Below are positions 40,830 to 49,174 of a stretch of DNA of 64,000 bases, in pieces. The stretch covers positions 1,901-65,900 of the forward strand of contig CAZBWU010000003.1 of the NCBI GenBank assembly GCA_964496095.1, given 5' to 3'. The number at the start of each line of letters is the position of its first letter. Positions within the stretch are counted from its first letter, which is position 1. The notes beneath the pieces are model-generated. The model ran no database searches and was not told the origin of the DNA. It saw only the letters and a list, made by a program, of their open reading frames with translations. Both the position numbers and the translations under genes were made by a program. This DNA is from an uncultured Gammaproteobacteria bacterium. Its GTDB lineage: Bacteria; Patescibacteriota; Patescibacteriia; Magasanikbacterales; GWA2-37-8.

Positions 40830-41777
40830 TTATTTAACTATTTGTACTTCTGGCTCCAATTCTATTCCATATCTATCATACACTTTTTGCTTAATCTTTT
40901 CAACCAAACCTAAAACATCCGCTTGGGTGGCATGATCAAAATTTATTAAGTAGTTGCCGTGCTCATCTGAAATCTTGGCTCCACCCACTGCCAAACCGCG
41001 CAAACCTAACTGTTCCGTAAGCCAACCCACAGGCACAGTACCTCTTTTTAAAAATAATTCTGGTAAATCTTTTGTATCCTGCACCCACTGATGTAATTTG
41101 ATATTTTTAAAGAAACTGCCAGCCGAAGGAAAAGCTGTGTGTTTGCGTTGTTTGAGGTATCCTTGCATCCTCTCCATAATTTCTGCCTTATCTCCCGGTT
41201 CCAAATAAATTTCTCCGCGTAAAATAATATCTTTATTATGTTTAAAATCACTATTGCGATAACTAAAACCACACTCTTCTACTTTGAGCCTTATTACTTC
41301 TCCATCACGCCACACTTCTGCCCAAGTTAAATTATTTTTTATTTCTTTTCCCATCGCTCCCGCATTGCCCCGAATCGCTCCACCAAAGGTACCTGGAATA
41401 CCAATCGCCCAATCAAACCCTGTCAGACTGTTCTGAGATGCCAAATTAACCACAGCACTAAGTTTTACTCCAGCTTCAGCTTCTATCAGCATCCCATTAC
41501 CGCTAGGTGTTATTTTTGGCGCAGTATTTGTAGAAATTTTGACTACGACCCCGTCGAAACCATCGTCACTCATAAGTAGATTGGACCCACCTGCAACCAC
41601 AAAATAATCCAACCCCTCAGCGCTTAGATAGTTAAATAACCCAACAAGCTTATCAGTTTTAGTCACATTAACAAACAGACGAGCAGGACCGCCGATTTTG
41701 AAGGTCGTATGTTTTGTTAAAGATTCATTGATTTTAACATCGCCGAATTCTTTGAGTTTTTGGTATTGTTCGTCCAT
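40830..41777 (-). CDS. murB: UDP-N-acetylenolpyruvoylglucosamine reductase
   Basis: FAD-binding TTFKIGGPARLFV, 315 aa. Confidence 0.85.
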   Translation of the reverse strand: MDEQYQKLKEFGDVKINESLTKHTTFKIGGPARLFVNVTKTDKLVGLFNYLSAEGLDYFVVAGGSNLLMSDDGFDGVVVKISTNTAPKITPSGNGMLIEAEAGVKLSAVVNLASQNSLTGFDWAIGIPGTFGGAIRGNAGAMGKEIKNNLTWAEVWRDGEVIRLKVEECGFSYRNSDFKHNKDIILRGEIYLEPGDKAEIMERMQGYLKQRKHTAFPSAGSFFKNIKLHQWVQDTKDLPELFLKRGTVPVGWLTEQLGLRGLAVGGAKISDEHGNYLINFDHATQADVLGLVEKIKQKVYDRYGIELEPEVQIVK

Positions 41778-41784
41778 AATTTCT

Positions 41785-41900
41785 TGTCATTGTCATTCCG
41801 AATCCCCCTTGTGGGGTGAGGAATCTATTCATTAACTTTAAGGTACTAAAATGTATAGATCCCTCGTCAGCCGCAGGAGCGGCTTCGCTCGGGATGACAA
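41785..41900. mobile_element. MITE-like palindromic element, copy 7 (upstream of murB)
   Basis: tgtcattgtcattccgaatccccc...gaggaatc...gatccctcgtcagccgcaggagcggcttcgctcgggatgacaa. Confidence 0.7.
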
Positions 41901-42040
41901 CGGTACTACAACCTTGCTTTTACGCCCTTTTTAGGCTATTATATTCATCAGTATATATCATTTGATGATATAATTGCAATTCGCTCGGAATAGCTTACAA
42001 GTAAGCTATTCTCTCACTTCATTACAATTATAGTAAATTT

Positions 42041-43351
42041 ATGGCAATTTCAAATGCATTAAATTCGGCCATTGCCAAGCGGTTATCCAAACACCGCCTG
42101 TTTTATGTTTGCCGAGATGTGGAACGGGCTTTTGTGTCAGGCTTATCTTTAGGCAATTACTATATAATAACCAACTCAAACACTTATTCTGCCAAGCTAG
42201 CCAAATCTAACAATAACATTATTTTAATAAAAAATAAACAACCCCTTGATACAGCTGAACTTTTACAACACCTTGAAGTAAAAAAAATAATTCAAGCCAA
42301 AGATTTTGTAGTCGTTTTTAAAAATAACGCCATCGTCAAAAATATCTGTCAAAAAAATAAGTGGCAATTACTTAATCCTGACTTCAAATTGGCAGACGAA
42401 ATCGAAAGTAAAATTTCTCAAATAACATGGCTCGGAAAATTAGCGAAATATTTACCTCCACACAAAGTTGACCTTTGCCAAAATATAAACTGGGGTGGAG
42501 AAAAATTTATTTTACAGTTTAATCATTCTCATACTGGCGCTGGTACTTTTTTAATAAATTCCAAAAAACAATTAGCTGAATTAAAAAATAAATTTCCAAA
42601 TCGCGAGATTCGGACTATAAAATTTATCGAGGGGCCAGTTTTCACTAACAACAATGTGATTTGGAACGATAAAACATTAATAGGTAATATTAACTATCAA
42701 ATCACCGGCCTATCCCCTTTTACAGATAATAAATTTACGACCATTGGCAATGATTGGTCTCTACCACCTAAGATTTTAAACAACAACCAGATAAAGCAGT
42801 ACGAAAAAATTGCTCATGATATTGGCACAAAAATGGCTAAAAATGGTTGGAAAGGATTGTTTGGAATTGATATGATAATGGATGAAAAAAGCGGACAATT
42901 ATACCTATTAGAGATAAACGCTCGTCAGCCTGCTTCGACTACTTTTGAATCACAACTACAAACACTTGTCATTCTGAGTGAAGTCGCTCTTGAGGCTGAC
43001 GAGAAATCTATTCCAAAAAAACAAGACAGAGATCCCTCACCCCGTAAAGGGTTCGGGATGACAAAATTGACCACAACTTTTGAAGCACACTTGGCTAGCT
43101 TTTTAAACATACCTAATAAAAACTACCAGCTCACTGCCATAAACAATGGCGCGCAAATCATCCAACGTGTCACAAAAAATATTTCTAATCCTAAATTTAT
43201 TCTAAAAAATAAATCGATTTTAAATGTAATAAATTATAAAAATAAAACCATCGGCTCAGACCTAGTCCGTATTCAATGCCAAGAAGGTCTGATGGCCAAG
43301 CATAATGTTTTAAATAAGCTAGGAAAAAATATCCGAGACTCAATATGTTAA
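42041..43351 (+). CDS. ATP-grasp domain ligase (carries an in-frame MITE)
   Basis: LFGIDMIMDEKSGQLYLLEINARQPAST is an ATP-grasp C-terminal motif. VILSEVALEADEKSIPKKQDRDPSPRKGFGMT is encoded by MITE copy 8. Confidence 0.6.
   Translation: MAISNALNSAIAKRLSKHRLFYVCRDVERAFVSGLSLGNYYIITNSNTYSAKLAKSNNNIILIKNKQPLDTAELLQHLEVKKIIQAKDFVVVFKNNAIVKNICQKNKWQLLNPDFKLADEIESKISQITWLGKLAKYLPPHKVDLCQNINWGGEKFILQFNHSHTGAGTFLINSKKQLAELKNKFPNREIRTIKFIEGPVFTNNNVIWNDKTLIGNINYQITGLSPFTDNKFTTIGNDWSLPPKILNNNQIKQYEKIAHDIGTKMAKNGWKGLFGIDMIMDEKSGQLYLLEINARQPASTTFESQLQTLVILSEVALEADEKSIPKKQDRDPSPRKGFGMTKLTTTFEAHLASFLNIPNKNYQLTAINNGAQIIQRVTKNISNPKFILKNKSILNVINYKNKTIGSDLVRIQCQEGLMAKHNVLNKLGKNIRDSIC
42967..43064. mobile_element. 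MITE-like palindromic element, copy 8 (in-frame in the ATP-grasp gene)
   Basis: tgtcattctgagtgaagtcgctc...gatccctcaccccgtaaagggttcgggatgacaa. Confidence 0.7.
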
Positions 43352-44118
43352 ACCAAACAAAAATCTCACCTGAGGCTGAAAAGGTAATTGAAGATTATCT
43401 TAACCTCCCCTTTCCAAACATAGACGGAGTTAGATGTCCTTATTTTAATAATGCCAGACTTGGCCAAAGAGGACAGCTTAAAGTTTTGGTGGGCAAAGGC
43501 ACACCTCAAGAAATTGTAGAAGAAGCAAAAATAATTGCTATCCAATACAAACAAGAAATTTCAAAAGCCGGCATTACACCCGAACATATTCGTAAGTTTT
43601 TAATTGACCACAACCTTGGTGTTGATTGTTCCGGTTTTATTAGTAATGTTTTGATTGCTCACTTGGCTACTAGAGGTAGTCATCTCACCAAAAAAATGTT
43701 TATCACCCCAAAAGCAAATGTTTTGCGCTGGCTTATTAGTCATTTGCGACCTGTAGAGCAAATAAATGTAAAAGTTTATGCGGATAATAGAAACACAGAA
43801 AAAATTGACGACCTTTCCAAAATTGAAGCTGGTGATTTGGTGGTAATGCTTAGCACTGGTCCGAAAAAAAATCATGATCATATACTACTTATCACCGAAA
43901 CCCAAGATAATGTTTTACATTATGCCCATGCTCGTGCCTGGTCATCCGAGGGTAGATACGGCCATGGCGTTTCGACTGGTACTATTACCCTCAACAATCC
44001 AAATAAAGGACTACTAGATCAAACTTGGGAAGAAAAAGATAAATTAAATCAAAATAACGAAACATATTGGGAAGCAAGAGATGCAACTGTTTTGGAAATT
44101 AGACGCTTAAAATTTTAA
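43345..44118 (+). CDS. hypothetical protein, possible papain-fold (NlpC/P60- or BtrH-like) Cys peptidase/acyltransferase
   Basis: GVDCSGFISNVL, later NHDHILLITE and HYAHA, consistent with a Cys...His...His triad. Weak. Confidence 0.3.
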   Translation: MLNQTKISPEAEKVIEDYLNLPFPNIDGVRCPYFNNARLGQRGQLKVLVGKGTPQEIVEEAKIIAIQYKQEISKAGITPEHIRKFLIDHNLGVDCSGFISNVLIAHLATRGSHLTKKMFITPKANVLRWLISHLRPVEQINVKVYADNRNTEKIDDLSKIEAGDLVVMLSTGPKKNHDHILLITETQDNVLHYAHARAWSSEGRYGHGVSTGTITLNNPNKGLLDQTWEEKDKLNQNNETYWEARDATVLEIRRLKF

Positions 44119-44126
44119 ATACTACT

Positions 44127-45242
44127 ATGAACATGGGTCTAATCCAGCACGCCCTCACCTATATAATATTTTCCGCCATTGGCGCGTTTATTTGGGCGCC
44201 CTTGCTCACAAAATTTTTATACAAATACAAGATAACTCGTCGAGATGAATTTGATTTCAGTCTCAAAGGCGAAAGAAGCCAAAAGGTGGGCACGCCGATT
44301 ATGGGCGGACTCTTGGTAATAGTCACCGTCGTAATTATTACCATGATTTTTAACTGGAACCGAGAAAATACTTATGTGCCAATTGGTGTAATGACAATTG
44401 CAGCTTTACTTGGCGGAGCTGATGACCTACTAAATATTTTTGGCAAAAAAAGACGCGACCGAAAAATTTCACACATCATTACTCTAATCAAAGTTCATAA
44501 AAATATCTTCATGAAGCTTTGGTATATTTTTATTCTTCCTTGGGAAGTATTTCGTCGAGCGACAGCAATTCTAGGTTCTCATCCTGGCAGAGGTATACAG
44601 GTGCATGAAAAATTATTATTTCAATTTATCGCCGGCGCTATCACTGCTTGGTGGATCTATTTCAAACTCGGCATTCAATGGCACGCCTTATGGATACCGT
44701 TTGATGGTAATCCAAATATCGGCTGGTGGATAATTCCAATTGTTATCTTTTTTGTTATGTTTACGGCCAATGCAGTCAACTTTGCCGATGGACTCGATGG
44801 ACTGGTGGGCGGATCTCTTATCCTTACTTTTTTGGGACTGATGATTATTAGCTGGACCGAAGGCAGAGTTTCATTTATGTATCTCAACGCTACTGTTGTC
44901 GGCGCATTAGTTGCCTATACGTATTTTAATATCAAACCCGCGCGCTTCCAGATGGGAGATGTGGGGTCGCTTGGGTTGGGAGCGCTACTAGCAATTAATG
45001 CCATTGCTATTAACCGCACCATGCTTATCCCCTTCCTTGGTTTTATTTTTTATGTAGAAATTATTTCAGTAATTATTCAAGTATTTTTCCGTCGATTACT
45101 GGGACGAAGATTTTTCAAAATGGCTCCTATCCACCACCACTTTGAATTCCGTGGTTGGAGTGAAGAAAAAATTGTGATGCGCTTTTGGCTTATTCATGGA
45201 TTTTTTGTAATCTTGGCAATTTGGATGAGTCTTTACAAGTAA
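44127..45242 (+). CDS. mraY: phospho-N-acetylmuramoyl-pentapeptide transferase
   Basis: ANAVNFADGLDGLVGG and PIHHHFE signatures, 10 TM helices. Confidence 0.8.
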   Translation: MNMGLIQHALTYIIFSAIGAFIWAPLLTKFLYKYKITRRDEFDFSLKGERSQKVGTPIMGGLLVIVTVVIITMIFNWNRENTYVPIGVMTIAALLGGADDLLNIFGKKRRDRKISHIITLIKVHKNIFMKLWYIFILPWEVFRRATAILGSHPGRGIQVHEKLLFQFIAGAITAWWIYFKLGIQWHALWIPFDGNPNIGWWIIPIVIFFVMFTANAVNFADGLDGLVGGSLILTFLGLMIISWTEGRVSFMYLNATVVGALVAYTYFNIKPARFQMGDVGSLGLGALLAINAIAINRTMLIPFLGFIFYVEIISVIIQVFFRRLLGRRFFKMAPIHHHFEFRGWSEEKIVMRFWLIHGFFVILAIWMSLYK

Positions 45243-45245
45243 AAT

Positions 45246-45980
45246 ATGTACCTATCCTGGAACGAAAAAACAATAACCGATTTTTCTGATGAAAATATAG
45301 AGTCCGCTTATAATGACGGCTATGTTTTTACGCGTGTTGGCAAAGGTGTAATGAAACAAACCAGAAGCCTGAGAATTGATTTAAGTAAATTTGAGTTATC
45401 TTCGGAGAATAAAAGAATTTTAAAAAAAACCGAAGAGTTAGATTTGAGCATATTCCCTATTCCTTATGAGAAATATACTTGGGAGATACATAAGCTAGGC
45501 AAAAATTTTTATGAACATAAATTTGGCAAAGGAACTTTTAGCGCGCAAAAAATAAAAGAGCTAATAACAGACAAAGAAAAAAGTAATTTCAATCAGCTGT
45601 TTGTGTATTCACTTCCAACTGTCATTCTGAACGAAGTGAAGAATCCCTTAAGCCAAGACAAAAGGGATCCTTCGGTCGCAGAGCTCCCTCAGGATGACAA
45701 ACGACTCGAAACGGGCTACTGCATAGCCTTAGAAACAAAAAATGTCCTACACTACTGCTATCCGTTTTATAACCTAGAAGTAAACTATCCAAATCTTGGC
45801 ATGGGTATGATGCTCAAAGCTATTGTTTGGGCAAAAAAAAATAATAAAAAGTATATTTATCTGGGTAGTTTTTCACGACCAACCGATACTTACAAATTAC
45901 AGTTCTCCGGATTAGAATGGTTTGATGGAAAAAATTGGCAGACAAGCACAGATGAATTAAAAAATGTCTTACATAATTAA
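45246..45980 (+). CDS. hypothetical protein (carries an in-frame MITE)
   Basis: 244 aa. TVILNEVKNPLSQDKRDPSVAELPQDDK is encoded by MITE copy 9. The cell-wall context hints at a GNAT-fold aminoacyl-transferase-like protein, but this is unproven. Confidence 0.4.
   Translation: MYLSWNEKTITDFSDENIESAYNDGYVFTRVGKGVMKQTRSLRIDLSKFELSSENKRILKKTEELDLSIFPIPYEKYTWEIHKLGKNFYEHKFGKGTFSAQKIKELITDKEKSNFNQLFVYSLPTVILNEVKNPLSQDKRDPSVAELPQDDKRLETGYCIALETKNVLHYCYPFYNLEVNYPNLGMGMMLKAIVWAKKNNKKYIYLGSFSRPTDTYKLQFSGLEWFDGKNWQTSTDELKNVLHN
45620..45700. mobile_element. MITE-like palindromic element, copy 9 (in-frame, 81 nt = 27 codons)
   Basis: tgtcattctgaacgaagtgaagaatccc...gggatccttcggtcgcagagctccctcaggatgacaa. 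Confidence 0.7.
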
Positions 45981-46518
45981 TATGCCTAAAGAATATATAG
46001 ATATACAACTTTCAAAAATAGATGTGGCCAGACGGCAGCTAGACCACGCTCTTAAATTATTCTTCTTTAATGGCGATAGTGTAATTGTCCATGTTTTAGC
46101 AGGTAATGCACAAGAGATTTTATATTCTTTAGGAAAAAAATCAGGAATCAAATCTTTTATACTAGACGACATGTTTACAATGGTAAGACCTGAAAAAAAG
46201 AAAGATTTCTTATACACTATCAATGAACCTAAAAATTTTTTTAAACATGCGGCCACTGATAGTACCAAAACATTACCATTCAGTGATGGCAGAAATCATT
46301 ACTTGCTCTGGGACGCTTGTTTACTTTATAATAAATTAACTAATGAGCTAACGGACATAATGCAAGTATTTTTAAACTGGTTTTACGCAATATATCCCGA
46401 TATACTAACGGAAAAATCCGATATAGAGAAATACAGAAATTTTTTTTCCAACCCAAAAAATAGACCTACATTTTATCAAGAAGTAATGGATGTGCTCAGC
46501 CAAAAATATAAACTATGA
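45964..46518 (+). CDS. hypothetical protein
   Basis: 184-aa ORF overlapping its neighbours by a few nt on each side (operonic). Confidence 0.35.
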   Translation: MSYIINMPKEYIDIQLSKIDVARRQLDHALKLFFFNGDSVIVHVLAGNAQEILYSLGKKSGIKSFILDDMFTMVRPEKKKDFLYTINEPKNFFKHAATDSTKTLPFSDGRNHYLLWDACLLYNKLTNELTDIMQVFLNWFYAIYPDILTEKSDIEKYRNFFSNPKNRPTFYQEVMDVLSQKYKL

Positions 46519-48005
46519 AAATCCATTTTATCGGTATCTGTGGGGTTGCCATGAGCGCACTTGCTACTGCCTTTCACAATGATGGCTGGCAAGTAACTGG
46601 CAGCGATGTGGGATTTTTCCCGCCGATTTCTGATTTCTTAAAAGATAATAGCATCCAATTTTATCCAGGCTGGCATCCAGAGAAAATGATAGAAAACGGC
46701 ACACCTGATTTGATAGTAGTTGGCAATGTGGCCGGTTCAACTAACCCTGAATTTTTATTTGTCCAAAAAAATAATCTAAATTATAAATCTTACCCTGAGG
46801 TAATTGCGGAATATATTGTTGAAAAAAATTCTCTAGTTTGCGCTGGTACCTATGGCAAAACTTCTAGCGCCACATTACTTACTTTAATATTAAAAAACGC
46901 AAAACTTGATCCAAGCTATATGTTTGGCGGACTGAGTCTCAATCTGCCGTATAGCGCTAAACTAAAAAATAGTAATACTTGGAGCGTACTGGAAGGCGAC
47001 GAATATAAAACTGCGCGCTGGGATAATCGTCCAAAATTTGCGCTTTACTCCCCCACTCATTTATTACTTACTTCTGTTTCATGGGATCATGCTGATGTTT
47101 ACCCAACCGAAGAATCCTACCTACAGGCTTTCCGCGAACTAGTTGGCAAAATTCCAAAAGATGGCTTAATTGTTGCTTGTACCGATGGCGCTAATATCGA
47201 AACTATTTTGTCTAATAACAAAAACAAGGCAAAGATAATTAAATACGGCAAAACTCCAGATAATGATTATTACTACCACGACCTAAATCAGACAAAAGCT
47301 GGATTAGAATATAAAATAAAAAATAAAGATATTGAATATAATATTACGGCACCGGTTTTGGGAGAGCATATGTCCGAAAATATCTGCGGGGCATTTGCGA
47401 TGGCCAAAGAAATTGGAATAGAGGCAAGTATTATCATAGACACAATCAAACAATTTAGAGGTGTCAAACGTAGATTAGAAAAAAAATACGAAGGCGAAAT
47501 TACTGTCTATGACGACCTAGCCCACTCTCCCGCCAAAGCAAGTGCCAGTCTCAAAACCTTACGCAAAATTTATCCCCACAATAAAATCATCGCTATCTTT
47601 GAACCAAACACAGGCAATCGCAAACTCCAAGCTATGCCAGGATATAACAATGCTTTCAAAGATGCAGATGAAGTAATTATTCCAACTCTTACAAAATTGA
47701 AAATAGACCCAACTGACCTAGAACCACCATTTGATGGCGAATTTTTGAAAAATGTAATTGCCAAAACTCACCCGCATGCAATTTTTATTGAGAATGATAA
47801 AGCACTAATTGACTATGTAAAAAATAACAGCCGCGTTTCAGCTGACGGGGCGGGCCGGGTTTTAAAGGACGTTACCCGGCATGATTCCGTTGAATCACAT
47901 ATTCCGTTAGAATCAAAAAAGGAAGACGTTGTCGTCTTCCTTGGTTCGCATGGATTTCGAGGGATGATAGATTCTATTTCCCTTCATCAACCACCTCAGC
48001 CTTAA
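46515..48005 (+). CDS. Mur ligase family protein (MurC/Mpl-like)
   Basis: N-terminal IHFIGICGVAMSALA is the MurC/Mpl signature, plus a P-loop AGTYGKTSSATLL. The C-terminal ~55 aa are atypical and overlap a convergent gene and its terminator. Confidence 0.7.
   Translation: MKIHFIGICGVAMSALATAFHNDGWQVTGSDVGFFPPISDFLKDNSIQFYPGWHPEKMIENGTPDLIVVGNVAGSTNPEFLFVQKNNLNYKSYPEVIAEYIVEKNSLVCAGTYGKTSSATLLTLILKNAKLDPSYMFGGLSLNLPYSAKLKNSNTWSVLEGDEYKTARWDNRPKFALYSPTHLLLTSVSWDHADVYPTEESYLQAFRELVGKIPKDGLIVACTDGANIETILSNNKNKAKIIKYGKTPDNDYYYHDLNQTKAGLEYKIKNKDIEYNITAPVLGEHMSENICGAFAMAKEIGIEASIIIDTIKQFRGVKRRLEKKYEGEITVYDDLAHSPAKASASLKTLRKIYPHNKIIAIFEPNTGNRKLQAMPGYNNAFKDADEVIIPTLTKLKIDPTDLEPPFDGEFLKNVIAKTHPHAIFIENDKALIDYVKNNSRVSADGAGRVLKDVTRHDSVESHIPLESKKEDVVVFLGSHGFRGMIDSISLHQPPQP
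47911..47942 (-). terminator. rho-independent terminator for the LysW-like gene
   Basis: Perfect 10-bp stem aaggaagacg-ttgt-cgtcttcctt followed on the minus strand by TTTTGATT. Confidence 0.55.
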
Positions 48006-48138
48006 CTACATCATCTTTCATTTCATTTACTAACAAAGTAATACCACAGACATCACATTCAATCACATTTCCTACAGCCAAGTTGATATAACTAGAAAGA
48101 TTAACTTCATTTTGACATTCCGGACAAGTTAGTTTCAT
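47974..48138 (-). CDS. LysW/ArgW-like zinc-ribbon amino-group carrier protein candidate (54 aa)
   Basis: MKLTCPECQNEVNLSSYINLAVGNVIECDVCGITLLVNEMKDDVVKAEVVDEGK, i.e. CPxC...15...CxxCG plus an acidic C-terminal tail. Trimmed from the 94-aa ORF-track call to the Met preceding the zinc ribbon. Confidence 0.4.
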   Translation of the reverse strand: MKLTCPECQNEVNLSSYINLAVGNVIECDVCGITLLVNEMKDDVVKAEVVDEGK

Positions 48139-48302
48139 AGTGTTATACAAAATATTACGCAAATTAAGTTTAGAAAGGGGCAGGGGGGCCGAAATTAATA
48201 GACCCCTCCACTCCGACCTAGGTCGGAATATTCCCTTTTTAGGGAGAATACAAAACAAACCTAGACTAATTTTACTCTAAATCCCTTAAAAGTCAAGCTA
48301 GT

Positions 48303-49172
48303 ATGATTACTCCCCAAACAAAAACTCAAAAATTGGCTTCTGCGATCGGTCTAAACACCGATCTATATCTAAAACGCGAAGACCTACATCCTTACGGCTC
48401 ACACAAAGGCAGGTCTATTCCCGTAATGATTGAAATTTATATAAAGGAAGGTTGGAAAGATTTTTGTATTTCTTCATCTGGTAATGCAGCACTGGCAGCC
48501 ATCTATACAATCAAAGATTTAAATCAAAAATCAGGCAACCAAAATACTCTGCATGTTTTTGTTGGCAATCATATCAAACCAGAAAAATTAGAAAGATTAG
48601 AACAGACTAAAGATGATGACAAAAATATAACTATTGAAAAAGTAAGCAATCCGAAACAATCAGCATTTATACTGAATAAAGAAAATAAAGCTAAAAATCT
48701 TCGCCAATCTACAGATGATAATGCTTTGATTGGATACCAAACACTGGCTGACGAATTATCAGAAATAAAAAATCTCACTGCCGTATTTATTCCTACTTCT
48801 AGTGGCACAACCGCTCAAGGTTTATACGAAGGTTTTAGAAAAAACAATCTCAATCCTCAAATTCATATCGTTCAAACACCAAAATGCCACCCTCTCGTTG
48901 ACAATTCTCCAACTGGCGAATCAATCGCAAACGCTATTGTAGACACTGTTGGTTATCGTAAAGAAGCTATCCAAAAAATATTCCGAGAAACGGATGGAAA
49001 AGGTTGGATAGCAAAAGACAAAGATATTGTCGAAGCTCAAAAACTAATTAAAGAAAAAGAAGGATTAGATATTTCTCCTAACAGCGCCCTATCTTTGGCC
49101 GGATTGAACCTGGCTATAAATAATGACTGGAAATTTGAAGGCGTCGTTGTTTGTTTGATTACGGGATTATAA
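48303..49172 (+). CDS. PLP-dependent enzyme, tryptophan-synthase-beta superfamily (threonine/cysteine-synthase-like)
   Basis: LKREDLHPYGSHKGRS has the PLP-lysine context, plus a Gly-rich loop TSSGTTAQG. Confidence 0.65.
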   Translation: MITPQTKTQKLASAIGLNTDLYLKREDLHPYGSHKGRSIPVMIEIYIKEGWKDFCISSSGNAALAAIYTIKDLNQKSGNQNTLHVFVGNHIKPEKLERLEQTKDDDKNITIEKVSNPKQSAFILNKENKAKNLRQSTDDNALIGYQTLADELSEIKNLTAVFIPTSSGTTAQGLYEGFRKNNLNPQIHIVQTPKCHPLVDNSPTGESIANAIVDTVGYRKEAIQKIFRETDGKGWIAKDKDIVEAQKLIKEKEGLDISPNSALSLAGLNLAINNDWKFEGVVVCLITGL

Positions 49173-49174
49173 TT

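Noticed and set aside
48176-48250. Possible tRNA/ncRNA in the GC-rich spacer upstream of the PLP-enzyme gene
   Set aside because: No acceptor-stem complementarity, no 3' CCA context and no anticodon-arm geometry. Better explained as operator palindromes and short hairpins in a divergent promoter region.
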